From assembly GCF_009914755.1 (NCBI RefSeq), contig NC_060926.1: DNA of 64,000 nt; one strand, 5' to 3'. Positions within the stretch are counted from its first letter, which is position 1; each line of letters begins with the position of its first letter. Positions 1 through 14,600 of this stretch are shown piece by piece. The position numbers and the translations under genes are program-made. The notes beneath the pieces were generated by a model. That model was not told the DNA's origin, ran no database searches, and saw only the letters and a program-made list of their open reading frames with translations. This stretch comes from the human T2T-CHM13v2.0 reference genome, Homo sapiens.

Positions 1-2
1 AC

Positions 3-378
<376 letters not shown>

Positions 379-545
379 TAAACAGACTACCAACCCGAGC
401 TGGAATACTTGGGCTGTATTTTTATGATGATGGTCATTTCTATGAAGGGATTTGACTGATTTAGTTTCTTCACTCATAAATGTATATTGGGCCCCTACCG
501 TATGTTGTCACTGCCAGGTGCCAGGGATGTAAAAGTGGACAGGAT

Positions 546-579
546 GGCCTGGACGTCTAAAAAAAAAAAAAAAAAAAAA
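546..579 (+). mobile_element. 13-nt retro-insert (Alu-like micro-remnant) plus A21 tail with TSD
   Basis: GGCCTGGACGTCT+A21 flanked by AAAAGTGGACAGGA (531-544) and AAAAGTGAACAGGA (576-589). Confidence 0.7.
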
Positions 580-649
580 GTGAACAGGACTAGCTCCTTC
601 CTTAGAAAGCACTTAATAGTCTCATGTTTTATGTGCAGTTCTGTTTCAT

Positions 650-1400
650 CCTTTTAACCTTGTTTGTGCCATGGCTCCCTTTGACACTCTGGCGAAGGTG
701 ATCTGCCTCTTCAGAAAAATGTTTTAATGCAGAGAACAAAATAAGATTCCGAAGGAAACTAATCACAGTCATGCATTGCTTAATGACGAACATGCATCGT
801 TAAGATTTCTTCATTGTGCGAACATCCTAGAGTGCACTTACACACACCCAGATGGCATGCAGGCACCTAGGCTATATATTAAGAGCCTATTGCTCCTAGG
901 CTGCAAACCTTACAGCATGCCACTGTGTTGAATACCGTGGTAACTGCGACACAGTTACAGTATTTATGTATGGTATTTGTGTATCTAAACATAGAAAAGA
1001 CAGTAAAAATCCCTCTTATAATCTTATGAGAGGTCGTCTGTGTGGTTCATTGTTGACTGAAATGTCACTATGTGGAGCACGACTGTATATTGAAATTCAG
1101 TTAGGAGAATATTTTAAAAATTTTTACCATGCTCATAATGCTTCTTTACTAAAGCATTTAATAACAAGATTTACTGGTGGGTCTAACAAATACCTTAATT
1201 TTGAGGTATTGATGAATATAAACAATACGAGATATTTCTAATAAAGATAATGTAATGTTCATATCTTTTATTGCAAGTATTGATAATATTACCATGTGTT
1301 GCTTACATTTGTAATTGAAAGATACGATAAATTTCAGTTAGACCCTAATGAAAATACAGATAATTTTTTTTTTCCAATCCAAGTTTATGGACCCCCTGGA
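650..1400 (+). mobile_element. Charlie4a-like hAT DNA transposon, split by Tigger3a
   Basis: Matches recalled consensus blocks GCCATGG..CCTTTG, TAACAAGAT..GGGTCTAA, AAATTTCAGTTAGA and TCCAAGTTTATGGACCCCCTG on both sides of the Tigger insertion. Confidence 0.75.
766..1085 (-). mobile_element. Tigger3a (Golem) TcMar-Tigger MITE
   Basis: TIRs CAGTCATGC / GCACGACTG, TA after the right end, internal GCCTATTGCTCCTAGG and GTATCTAAACATAGAAAAG. Confidence 0.85.
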
Positions 1401-2064
1401 TTCAGACAGAGAATTCCAGGCTTGATGGTAAGATTTGTTTAGCTAGTTTTTTTTTTTTTTTTTGGAGTGATGGATTCTTTAACCACTCTGTTTGTTAAAT
1501 ATAATTATTATATTTCATAATTATTATACTGTCCTTGCCATGAATTGGTTCTAAGAGTCTAGCTGAGAAGAGTTGCACCCTAGGCCAGTGTTAGAATTAT
1601 GAGGCGCTAAAGGTGTTTAGAAGCGCTCTTGGCGGGGAGCCATCCACTGTGGTTTTACATCCGTGGGGTGCCCTCTGTTCTTTCAGGGTTATGGCTTGGC
1701 AGCTTCTCATCTGATCCCACAGGTCAGTTCATATACTTGTGCATGCCTCAAGAGTTCAGCAGAGCTGCAAATTGGACCTTCTGAGTCCTGTAATTAGGAT
1801 TCTGAGCTGGGTAGGTCCTACAACCCAGCTCTCCTATTTGTGCCTTTCTTGTTTGTGTCACACGGCATGTACTGCCTTTGACTCTGCAGGGCAAGTTCCA
1901 TTGTGAAGCACCAGAAGATTCATGGGCACCACCTACCCAGAATTTTAAGGGAGACTTTGCAGTGTGTGTTATTTTCAGTGAGGGTATGGATTTGAAATGC
2001 TGCTGCTGTTGCAAGAGTGTGTTGGGGATATCCAGAGTGTGGGTGAAGTCAATGTCAGTTCATA

Positions 2065-2696
<632 letters not shown>

Positions 2697-3387
2697 TAAC
2701 ATTTATGGGGCACTTATTATGTGCCAGATATGCTTTAAATTCTTTACATATATCAATTATTAACTCATTTAGTTATTATCAAAATGCTATAGGGGCCAGC
2801 AAAATTAGGCCACGGTACCAAGTTCATGGAGCTTGGAGGTGATGAAGCCAGGATTCATTCAAATCAAGCATTTTGACACCAGAGTCTGCTATTTCTTTTA
2901 GCAGCCAACAGCCTCTGTAGAGCCCGTGCCCACCAAGGCCCTTGGTGTTGCAGCCTCTGTGGCCAGCATGCCCTCCCTTGCTGTTAGTGTTAGAAAGTTG
3001 CAGCTATTGCATTGCTCGAGTGGGTGCTTCTGGCAAATCCTTGTTGCTTCTCGTTTCCTGTTTGCCTCATCTGTCCTCCTTGCTGCAGAAATTGTTCTTC
3101 TTTCCTCTCCTCACTGCTCTGCTGACATGCCCAGCCCCACGGAGCAGAGTGGCCAGGGGCATTGCTCACACCCTGGCAGGAGGCCTTCCCTGCTAACAGT
3201 GTTAATAACGATGTCATTTTTCCACTCCATGCTGAAGATGGCTTTGTCAATAAAATCAGGCAGTTGATGAAGACAGTTCCCTCTCATGATGAATTCACTT
3301 GTCTTTTAGGATTCTAGCCAGGCAGTCAGGATTGTCGGGACCTCTTTCCCCAGCTTCTCAGAAGAAATCATGTTCTTCTTAGAGGTA

Positions 3388-3697
3388 TGTTTTTGTTTTT
3401 TGTTTTTTTTTTTTTGAGACGGAGTCTTCGCTCTGCCACCCAGGCTGGAGTGCGGTGGCACAATCTCGGCTCACTGCAAGCTCCGCCTCCTGGGTTCACG
3501 CCATTCTTCTGTCTCCGCCTCCTGAGTAGCTGGGACTACAGGCGCCTGCCACCACGCCCGGCTAATTTTTGGTATTTTTAGTAGAGACGGGGTTTCACTG
3601 TGTTAGCCAGGATGGTCTTGATCTCCTGACCTCGTGAGGCACCCACCTCGGCTTCCCAAAGTGCTGGGATTACAGGTGTGAGCCACCACGCCTGGCT
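3388..3697 (-). mobile_element. AluY-like
   Basis: Y-diagnostic CAAGCTCCGCCTCCTGGGTTCACGCCATTC and GTGTTAGCCAGGATGGTC. Confidence 0.92.
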
Positions 3698-6600
3698 TTT
3701 TTTTTTTTTACATGAAAAAATAATGATGACAATGCTTTAATTTCATTTCTCTGAGCTTTAATTCTGTATTAAGGACTGTGCTGTGTTTTAAATTGATGAT
3801 TTGATCCCCTCAACAGTCCTGAGGTTAGTCCTATAGTGACATGCCTCCAGGTTCCACATCCCACAACCAGCATTTGATAGAGTAAGAATCCCAGTGCTGT
3901 GGAGGAGGTCCTACTCTTCTTGATCTTTTAATGCCCCACCTGTCAGTCTCCTGCTGGGCTCTCTGTTGCCTGGGAAGATTTCTCTGTAGGTGTTCCTGTG
4001 AGTTTCCTTAGTGCAGGTTAATGATGGTTGTTGATCACCTGCAGTCCCCATTGTCGCTGAATGTGATTGCCTGGAGGTCATCAGACACTAACTCCTGGGG
4101 AGGCACTTAACATCAGAAGTGTTTATTAACTTGACCTTGACCAATTGGCCTCCTTAGAGCTGAGGGGCCAAGAACACTGTCACTGTGTGACAAGGACTAG
4201 GAGCCACCCAGACCCATAGAGTATTCCCTTCGTTTCAGCAAATCTGTATTTTGAGGCTGCCACTGAAGGGTGAATCATGGATGTGGCGTGTCTAGGCAGA
4301 CTTGGGTGGAGAGGAGTCAGCTCCCTGTTAACAGAGGACTTTGGAGAGGTTTTGAAAGGAAGGGAGAATGTTGAGGCCTTGTACTGTATTCCCCTGATAG
4401 CCTGAATCTGTTGTCAGCTCTTGGACCTTGGAGCAGGTGACTTCACTGGTCCTGCCTCAGTTGCGTCATTTGTAACATGGAGGGTTGGATGCGATGAGTC
4501 CAGTCTTTCCAGCTCTTGACCTTCCATGTCTGCTGCTGTCTGCAACACTTCCCCTGCCTCTTGCCACCCTTGCTTTTTTTGGCTGTCGTCTCTGTTTTTT
4601 TCTTTATCTTGACTATTTATATTTATACTTTTCAAGAAGTTAGAGCTAAGAGTGAACGTTACCTCTTTCATCCCCTTCTTTAAAGATTCCCTCCTTGGAG
4701 ATATCACTGGAGTTGATGTGGTGGTTGGTACTTGAGCTGGAATCCCAATGGGTGCCTTGCTGGTTTGAGATTGGGCCGAATGAGGCCGTGTTGTTTGCCA
4801 TCTGTCTTGCCTCAGAGCAGTATTTTTTGCAGTCTTTGCTGCTTTCGTTGGTCTCTTAATTAAAACTTTGTTGTGCTTTGCTTCTCTGGTGAAAAGCAGG
4901 TTGTGTTAGTGATGATCATGGGGTTTTGTGGTCATTGAGTAATGTGGACTGTTGAACTTCAAGAAAATACTGATTTTCTTATATCCAGTGAGCTTCCTAG
5001 ATTTTGTGGGGAACCAGTGTTCTCATCATTGGAAGATGTGCTCTCTAGTGTGAAGCAGTGATTTTCACATTTGCCCTGTGATTCGGTTGTGTTTATGTTG
5101 TGGAGCAGAAAGACCTAGCCAGGGAGTTAGGAGAGCGGGATTGGAGTTGTAAGGTCAACCTTATTGTGACCTTGAGCCAGTTAACTGTGTATCTGGTCTG
5201 TAACATGAGAGATTTGGACTAGATGTTCTCTGACCATCCTCCCTGACCTAAAAATTCCATAGTTCTTTGTATTCATATATACTGGATGTGAAAAGTCCCT
5301 GGAATAAATTACAGGAACAAAAATCAGCCAGGAATGGCTAGTTGATAGTCCTGAAAAGACAACATCATTGCTGAATCATATCTTCAAGTTGAATTATTTA
5401 TTTTTGAAAAAACCTTTCTATAGCATCCTGAGAAACTTATTTCTTATTGTTGTTGCTTTTTTAAAAAAAAATTGAGATAGAATTCACATACCATAGAATT
5501 CACTTACCATAAAATTCACCATTTTAAAGTGTCCAACTAAGAGGTTTTTAGTGTACTCACAAAGTTGTGTAGCCATCACCACTATTTAATTCCAGATCAT
5601 TTTCATCACCAAAAAGAAACCCCATACCCATTAGGAGTCATTCCCTAGTCACCTGTACCCGAGTCCTTGGCAGTCACTCATCTACTTTCTGTCTCTATGG
5701 ATTTGCCTATTCTGGTTGTTTCATATATGGAATCAAACAATATGTGGCCTTTTGTGTCTGGCTTCCTTTATGTAGCCTAATGTTTTTAAGATTCATCCAA
5801 ATCATAACATGGATTTGTACTTTATTTCTTTTTATGGCTGAATAATATTCTATCAAATGTGTATGATACATTTTGTTTATTCATTCATCAGTTGATGGAC
5901 ATTTGGGTTGCCTCCACTTTTAGGCTATTATGAATAATCCTGTGAATATTCTTGTATAAATTTTTGTGTAGACATATGTTTTCACTTCTCTTGGGTATAT
6001 ACCTAGGAGTGGAATTGCTAAGTCACTTTAACTTTTTAAACTTAAACTTTTTAAAGTCAGTTTAACTTTTTGAGGAGCTGCCAAACTGTTTGCCAAAGAG
6101 GCTGCACCACTTGACATTCTTACCAGCCATGTGTAAGGGTTCTGATTTCTCCACATCCTTGACAACACTTGTTATGTTTGTCTTTTTTATTACACCCATC
6201 TTAGTGGGTGTGAAGTGGTGGGTTTGATTTGTGTTTCTCTGATGGATGACTAATGATTTTGAGTGTTGTTTTATATGCCCATGGCTGTGTGTATCTTCTT
6301 TGGAGAACTATCTATTCAAATCCTTTGCCATGTTTATATTGGATTATTTGTCTTTTTATTGTTGAGTTGTAATCTGAACATTAGACCCAGATCAGATATA
6401 TAATTTGCAAGTAATAATTTCCATTTTGTAGATTGTTTTTTCACTCATTTGATGGTGTCCTTCAAAGGACAAATTTTTTAATTTTGATGACATCCAGAAT
6501 AGTCATTTTTCCTTTGGTTGCATAATACAGTCACAAAGATTTACACCTATATTCTGTTTTATAGTTTCAGTTCTTACATTTAGGTCTTTGATCCATTTTG

Positions 6601-7091
6601 AGTTAATATTTGTATATGATGTGAGGTAGGGGTCCAACTTCATTCTTTTGCATATGGATATATCTAGTTGTCCTGGCACCATTTCTTGGGAAGACTTTTC
6701 TTCTTGAATTCTCTTGGCATCCTTTTTAAAAGTTGATTTACTTCTGATATATGAGTTTATTTCTGGACCCTCAGTTCTGTTCCATTGATCTTTATGCCTA
6801 TCCTTTATGCTAGTACCATAAAGCCTTAATTAACTGTAGGCCTTATGGTATGTTTGGAAATCAGGAAGTGTGAGTCTTTCAACTTTGTTTTTTTTTCCCA
6901 AGATTGTTTTGGCTATTGAGGCTCCCTTGCATTTCCATATGAATTTTAGGATCAACTTTTCAATTCCTGCAAAAAAGCCAGCTGAGATTTTCATTGAGGT
7001 TATGTTGACACTGTAGTTCAATTTGGGGAGTATAGACATCTTAACAATCTATCATAACCTCTTCTATCTATGAACTTGGAAGTTTTTTTCA

Positions 7092-7098
<7 letters not shown>

Positions 7099-7122
<24 letters not shown>

Positions 7123-7237
7123 GAGACGGAATTTTCCTCTGTTGCCCAGGCTGGAGTGCAATGGTGCAATCTTGGCTCACTGCAACATTGGCCTCCCAAA
7201 GTGCTGGGATTGCAGGCATGAGCCACTGCACCTGGCC
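7099..7237 (-). mobile_element. Internally deleted Alu (chimeric monomer)
   Basis: Right-monomer end joined directly to left-monomer start at ..CTGCAAC|ATTGGCCTCCCAAAG; TSD TCATTTTCTT at 7089-7098 and 7238-7247. Confidence 0.9.
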
Positions 7238-7565
7238 TCATTTTCTTGTCTTTAATTTCTTTCAGTAATGTTTTGTAGTTTTCAATGTACAAATCTTACA
7301 CTTCTTCTGTTAAATTTATTCCTAAGTACTTTATTCTTTTTGATGTGAGTGGAATTGTTTTCTTAATTTCATTTCTGGATTATTCATTGCTAGTGTATAG
7401 AAATATGGTTACTTTTTGTATATTGATCTTATGGCCTACAATTTGCTGAATTTGTTTATTGGCTTTTATAGTTTTGTGTATTTGTATGTGTATTCCTTAG
7501 GATTTTTAATATGCAAAATATCATCTGCAAATAGAGACAGTTTTGTTTATTCTTTAATAAGCTGA

Positions 7566-7869
<304 letters not shown>

Positions 7870-10836
7870 TATTGCTTTTTCTTATCTGATTGCTGGATCA
7901 GTTCTTAATCATCTTTAAATTCCCAATGATTTGCACAGAATAGGTGCTCAGTAACTTTATTGATGAACTTCGGTATTAAAAATCAGTTTTTATGTAAGCT
8001 GCAGTTTCTTGTATTTAATTTGTTTTATTCTTTATTTGGCCTCTGGGCATGTTGAGAAAATAGGAAGATTTGCTTGCTTGGTCTTTAGTTGCAAAGGAAG
8101 TTAGTGGAAATGTTTTTGCATTTGTAAATGGGTTTTAGATATTTGCCTTGTCTGGCCACGGTGCTTGGTAGTCACTCAGGAGGCTTAGAGCCAGGCCTCG
8201 TGTGTTCTCTGCAACCGCAAACCCTTTCCAAGCTGCTGTTTCTGCTGGTGAGTGTGGCTGGTGTTTTGGTTGCTTTCTATCAACATTGCCTTGATTTGGT
8301 CCCCACAGGAGACTGCTCACTTCTTGACAAAAGGTAATTATTGAGATTCCTGGTTTTCTTCTCACCTTGTAAATTCTCTTGTTTTTGTTTTTTGGCAAAT
8401 AGGAATGAGGTGTGTTTACTACTGGAGCATCGGGCTGTCAGAACCCGTAGCTTTGGTTTGCCTTGGTCGCAGCCTGCCAGGTTGCATACTTTTGATTTGG
8501 AAGAGGTGCCGGTGGGTGTGTTCGCTAGCAGGAATCACCCACAGTAAAAATCATGGGTAGGAGAAATGGCCCTTCACCTTTTCCCATCTTCCTTCCTTCC
8601 ATTGTCTACACTCCTGGTCCCACCTTTTCCTTGGGGACCGGGATGCTTATGCTGGAACCTAATCAGTGTCCAAAGCTTAAAATTCTCCTCTCCTCCTCAC
8701 TTTTTTCCTCTTTGTTTTCTCTTGACTTTCATTGCCTTGGTCTATTTCCAGACCCTCCAAGGCCTGTGTTTTCTCTTTAAAAGATCCTGTTCCATCCAGA
8801 GGAGACTCAAGAGTCCCACTTTAATTTGGGATTTTAGGCAGAGGCCTTCCTGCATCTCTCAAGTCACACTTGCAAGCGACTGCTTTGGTGATGACATTTA
8901 AAGTTGGCCTCCTTTCCTACCACTCTGACTCCCCTCAATTTTCTAGAACTGGGTTTATTGTTCTATATTTTAAAATTGATTTATTATCTTCTATAGCAAT
9001 GTTGGAAGGAGCTTAATTTTGGAAGTGCACAGTTCTCTTTATGGTCAAAGCGAAGTAAAGGAGATTTGATTGATCTTATGACAAAATTGCTTTAGTCATA
9101 GCTGATAGGAAATCTCTTAAGGGCCCTGTTTTATTTGCTCTTTTAATTTATGAACCTTCTTGGATCCTTCAAGCATCTGTATACTAAGCCAGTAAGGCCT
9201 TATCTGGAACATGCAGGCTTCATTTTTGCCCCTAATATGCCATGAAATGCTATAGGGTTCTGATGCTTTGTTAGATTTTGGTGTAAATTAGGGAGTAACA
9301 GTGTCAGCAAATGTGTATTTCAGAAATTTGTTAATTTTTTTTTCCAAAGGAAAATGTACTATTAGCTGGAATAACCTGGCAGCCATAGGGCGTACATTAG
9401 ACCTGGAAGTAAACAAAATGACCCCCAATGAAGTAGAAAGTAAGCTACTATAAATTATAGCCCATTTTGTTTCCCTGTAGGTCAGGGCCATGTCATCCTC
9501 AGGCTTCCAGAAAAGACCATGTTGTGAAATAGGAACAACAGAGACCCAGTGCCCTACAGCTAAGGCCAATGGGAGGGAGGGGAAGAGAGGAGTTAGACCA
9601 GCTTAGAAGGGTGGGGGCCCCCTTCTACTCTGGAATCCTTGCAGGTCTCACTAAGCCACAGCAGAGCATGTTTATTGATGTTAGGTTGGTCATTAAGAAT
9701 AGTCAAAATCAGCGTCCTCTGATTTGGTGCGCTGGGATGCACGTAATCCACTGAGGATAGTATCCATGAAAATAGTTTTTGAACTTTGCTTTATAAATTT
9801 TGATGAGCTTGAGTTCACTGAGAAAATTAATTTCTGTAGAACAATTCCTTCATTTAATGTTGGCCCAAATGAAGCATTTAGTATGGAATTTGGGCCTTGG
9901 TGGAATTTTCTGGGACACGTAGCCTAATGTGAGGACAACCATTGCTGAGCAGTGCGAGGGAAGGGAGGATTGCCTAGTGAGTGACTGGTGCCGAGCAAGA
10001 GGCTTCCTGCTTGACCTCTGAATACTCTGGCGCTTCCTTTTTGGGGTCAGGAAGCTTCCAAATCCAGAGATCCCCCTGTTTGCAGTTCTTAGTTTTCCTC
10101 TGAAACCCCCACACCAGACTGAGTGTGCCTAGGGTTGGGACTAGGTATTACTTCTCTTTGAATCCCAACATGATGCCTAGCATACATAATTCTCAGAAAA
10201 TGTTTGTTGATTGTCAAGGTCCAGCTAATCTTGTTGATTTGTGATTTCATACCTTTTTCTTTCAAAGGATTGCTGTATGCCTGGAAATAAATCCATTTTG
10301 GTTTGCAAAATCAAGGTTGTCGTGTCATCCTTTGAAACAATTAGAGAAGCAGGAAAATCTTCTAAGGATGATCGAAATCTCCACTCTATAAACCATCCCA
10401 ATTAATATCTGATTTCTTCTTTGAAAAACATAATCATATCCTTTCTTCTGTAGAACCTTCCCTAACACTCCTCATTTATCAGAACAAATTTCTGAATTCT
10501 TGAAGCAATTAGTTTTTGACTCACTTTATGTGTCCTTTTTTATCCATCCATCTGTCCATTTATCTGTCTCTGTCCATCCATTGATCCATCTTTGGGACAG
10601 ACCTGGGATGTCTGTGCTCAGAAGCAGAGTGCTCTACATCTGGGAAGCACAGTGGTCGTGCCCACAGCTGTCAGGCTCCTTGCATGCTGGGCTGTGGTCC
10701 TGGCTTCTCTTGTCTTCTGTAGAGTGGGAGTCTCACCAAAGGAGGGCATGGGAGGGCTAGCTTGAGTCAAGGTGCGTAAGTTGGAACATTGCAGATGGGG
10801 TTCAGGGTACCCAGGGTTGTCCCTGTTTGGTCAGGG

Positions 10837-11022
10837 CAGGGTCAGCAAAGCTCCAGCCTGTTTTTGTATGCAAAAAGTGTAAGCTAAAAATGGTGTTTAT
10901 GGTTTTTAGGGGTTGTAAACAAAATCCCAGAAGAAGATGCAACAGAGACCGTGTATATGCAACCTGCAAAGTCTAAAATATTTATCATCTGCTCCTTTAT
11001 AGAAAAAGTTGTCCCAAGCCTG
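10837..11022 (+). mobile_element. MER58C-like hAT-Charlie MITE
   Basis: CAGGGTCAGCAAA start, CAACAGAGACCGT, AAAGTCTAAAATATTTA..CCTTTATAGAAAAAGTT end. Confidence 0.75.
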
Positions 11023-11329
11023 GTTAGAGCTCTGAGTGAGTGTGGGTAGATCTGTCTCACAGATCTACTCTGTCCCAGAGTCTGTCTCAGCTAGGCCAGA
11101 ATACTGAGTTGTGAGGAACCTTAAAGACACTTGTCTAGTGGTCTGTAGGACGCATGGCCCTGTTTAGACATTCTGCTTGGTATGGTGACCCAGGGACCTG
11201 CTGCTGGTAGAAGCAGCCTTTTCTTCCCCAGGAAATGTATACTAAATGAAAGCAAGTACTTTCACCTTTTCCTCTGTGGTCCCGATTTTACCTCTGAGGT
11301 CATGAGTAAGTCCAGGTGACAGGTGGGTC

Positions 11330-11620
11330 AGAGCTGGATTATGGAGGGCTGAGCATGTCAGTTGGAAATTGATTCAGAAGGTTGTGGGGAAATATTAAGG
11401 GCTTTTGCGTAGGGGAGTGACATGAGCATAGCTGGGCTTAGGAAGTCTGGCCTGGCATGGTTTGGGATCCTGGGGGAGATGGAGCAGGCTGGAAAGGTTA
11501 GGGGCAGGGAGACCAATAGGAAGCATTGGCCACTGCTGTGGGAAGTGGTTGTAGGGGTCTGGATTAGGGCATAGGGAATACAAAGGAAGGGACGTATTCC
11601 AGGGAAGTTAAGTGGCAACT
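11330..11620 (-). mobile_element. L2 fragment
   Basis: Degenerate L2 motifs GGGGAGTGACATGA and GGCAGGGAGACCAATAGGAAG. Confidence 0.55.
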
Positions 11621-14600
11621 CCTCATCTTCTAGTTTGTGCTGTCACCAGGGTTGGTTGGTGTGTGGCTGGCACACTCAGGCCGGCCTTCCCCCTTCCCTT
11701 CCTCCTTTCATAGAGCAACTGCTCCATACCAGGCCGTGGGTTCTGCGGAGTTCCTGCCTGGAAGGCGCCCATGAGCTGGAGGAAAGGAGAAACAATGGTT
11801 CTGCCAGGGAGGAGATGACATTGGATAAGCTCCTTGAAGGCGGAGGTTGTGTCCTGTGTGCTGCCTCATGCGAGCTAGTCTCACCCTGGGGCACGTAAGA
11901 GGGGCTCAGAAGGTCAGTTGTTTGAAGTCCCACAGCTGGCTGGCCACGTAGACGATAATGCTGTACACCAGAAATCAACGTTATAATAAAACTCTTAAAA
12001 ATCCAATCTTATCTCTACTTTTAAGGAACCTACCATTTACAAATAAAAGATCACCCACTTATTTATTCATTCAGTGTCTGTTTTCTGTAAAGCACACTGT
12101 ATGGCTGTGTACCCTTATGCACAGTAATTGCCAAAATGCCTATTGCAGGGAGCGGGGTCACCTCCCTGAGGCCATGCAGAACTCGGCATGGGTCTACTTT
12201 CCGCCCCTCTTGAGCTTTTATTTCCCCAAATACCTTTGCCTCATTTCTTGATCTGAGGATGTTCCATAATGACTTCAAGGGCACCTTCCAGCTTGGGGAT
12301 TCTGTAATTTTAAAGTCCAGCTTGCTGAAGGGCTTTGTGGTAAAGGGGGAGTTGGGAGGAAGCCTCACTGAGGTTGTCCTGCTCTGGATGCTGGCCTCTG
12401 CACAAAGGTCCTTTCAGGCTGCCGTGGGGAGGACTGTCCTATGTCACTTCTTCTTCCCTCTTAAGCCCTGGAGGGGAGGACTTGGGAAACAGGTCACAGG
12501 GAGCCTGGAAAAACAAAGAACACGCCGTCCGTCCACTCAAAACATTGGCAATCTAGCAAACGGTGTGCTCTTCCCTGGCCTAACATCATCGGTGTGTGAT
12601 CTCTCTCCCAGCACTCACCCAGGGACCAGAAAGGCGGGAGGTCTGGAGAGAGATTGCAGGTGGCTTCCTTGGTCAGTCAGGAGGCATTCCCTTCTCCTGC
12701 ATGCTGGAGGGGTGCACCATGGGCCTGGGATAGGCTGTTGTCAGTGGAGCAGAGGTGTCGCCCAGCCAGAAGGGTAAGGGAGCTCAGATCCAGTCCAGGT
12801 GTTCGGGTCCTGCTCCCTGGCGAGAAGGAAGTATGTGTGAGAGAGTATTTCAGATCCTCCTCTCCTGTGGCTCTGGAATCCTGCTCATCTGCCATCCGGC
12901 GTCTCCAGCCCTGCTGTGCTTGAGAAGTCTTCATTTCTCACTAGCAGCCTCCATTATCTCCACTTCCTCCATTATCCCCACTTCCTACATTTTCAGGGCA
13001 CTTGGCCTCTGCTGTACCCTCAGCCCCCAATCCTAAGGGCATGTGCTCTGTGAAGAGGGGGACTTGGGGTTGTGCGCCCCTGTGCCCTGCAGTGCCTGAT
13101 GCATGAGTGCTGTGCTGACCCTCCCTCAGTGTCGTTCAGCAGTGAGCCTCCTCTAAAGCAAGTTCACCATTTACACGGTGGACTTGTTTCCTGTGTTTGT
13201 GTTCTTATTTCCTAAAACCGAACTGCAAACTCCTGAGGGCAGGATCTCTTTTTTCTTTTTTTAAAATAAGCTCTCATTTGTATTTATACTTGGCTATTTT
13301 CAAACGCTATTCGGGTGGGACAGGGCTCATGCACATTTTACAGCTGAGAAACAGCATCACAGAGGTTTAACGGCTCTGTAAAATAAGATAATTGGTAAGT
13401 AGTAGCCCTGAGACTTTAACCAGGATCTTACAGCTCTTGTTCAATGAATGATCTTTCTGTAACCCAGAACCAGCTGAGTATTTGGGAGGTCCTCAGTAAC
13501 CGTTTTATTGAGTTAAAAAAATATGTGGGTAAGGTATTTGTGAGTACACGTGCATATACAAAGATTCTATGTGCTTAGAAACTTCTTTGACCAGCCTCTT
13601 CATTTGAAAAGGGATTTCAAGGTTCATATATGCATTGTTTGTTGCATGTTACTTTCTTTGGAAATGACTAGTGAGGACAGATAACTTAGAAATATTTGCA
13701 TGTTACATCAGAAGAGAGTTAATAGTACTGGTTACTGTTAATACTAGTGGTATTAGCTGTTCCAGCAAAAGGTACTGCTTATTTATAATAACCAGATAAT
13801 AGCAGCGAGATCGGAGAGGATAGTCTAGATAACATTATGAGTGTATCTATAATTATAATTGAAATGGAATGGGGGTGAATCTTTTAATATGAGGTTTTAA
13901 GAATTCTGGAATTTTAGTGTGAGACATAATTCATGGTGTATGGTTGATAGGGACATACTCTTTGGCCATATAACCTTGAAGAAGTAATAATCTTGAATTA
14001 TTTATCATTGGAATGAATCATCCTTTTGAGAGAATCATATCTTCCTTCAGTGTTAAAAATATACTTATGTCATCTGTCATGGTGAGTATTCCAGTTACAA
14101 TGCATATTTCTTTTTTTCACATCCTGCCTACTCACTTGGTGTTATCCTTGAGAAGAGAAAGATTTGAGATGATGGCTAAGTGGTTCCCAGTCTTTGAGTC
14201 TATAATCACATTCCCTGTTTTTTCGCATTCCTTTTGGTTGCTATGTTTTGGTATTTGGTCTTTGGTCTCTTTCTTTGGGGAAGAGTGATTGGGTGGCCAC
14301 AGGAGGAGTAAACCCATTTGGGAGCTGATAGTTGATGTATTTTTGTTATGCTTGGCAGAGTGAGCGGCCCCCATCTTCCTGAGCAGAGTTCATGTGTGAT
14401 ACACAAATGAATGGTCTCTTTCCATCTGGCCGTCACAGAGGCAAGAAACTGTGGTGCCTCTGGATCATTGAATTTCTCAGACTCTCAAGGGACAGCAGAA
14501 TGCGTATGTGAACTGGCATACCCAAATGCAAATTATTTCTGGTGATACCTAATATATGTAAATGTATGCTGCTCAGTTGGCCAAGAAATTATGAACGGCA

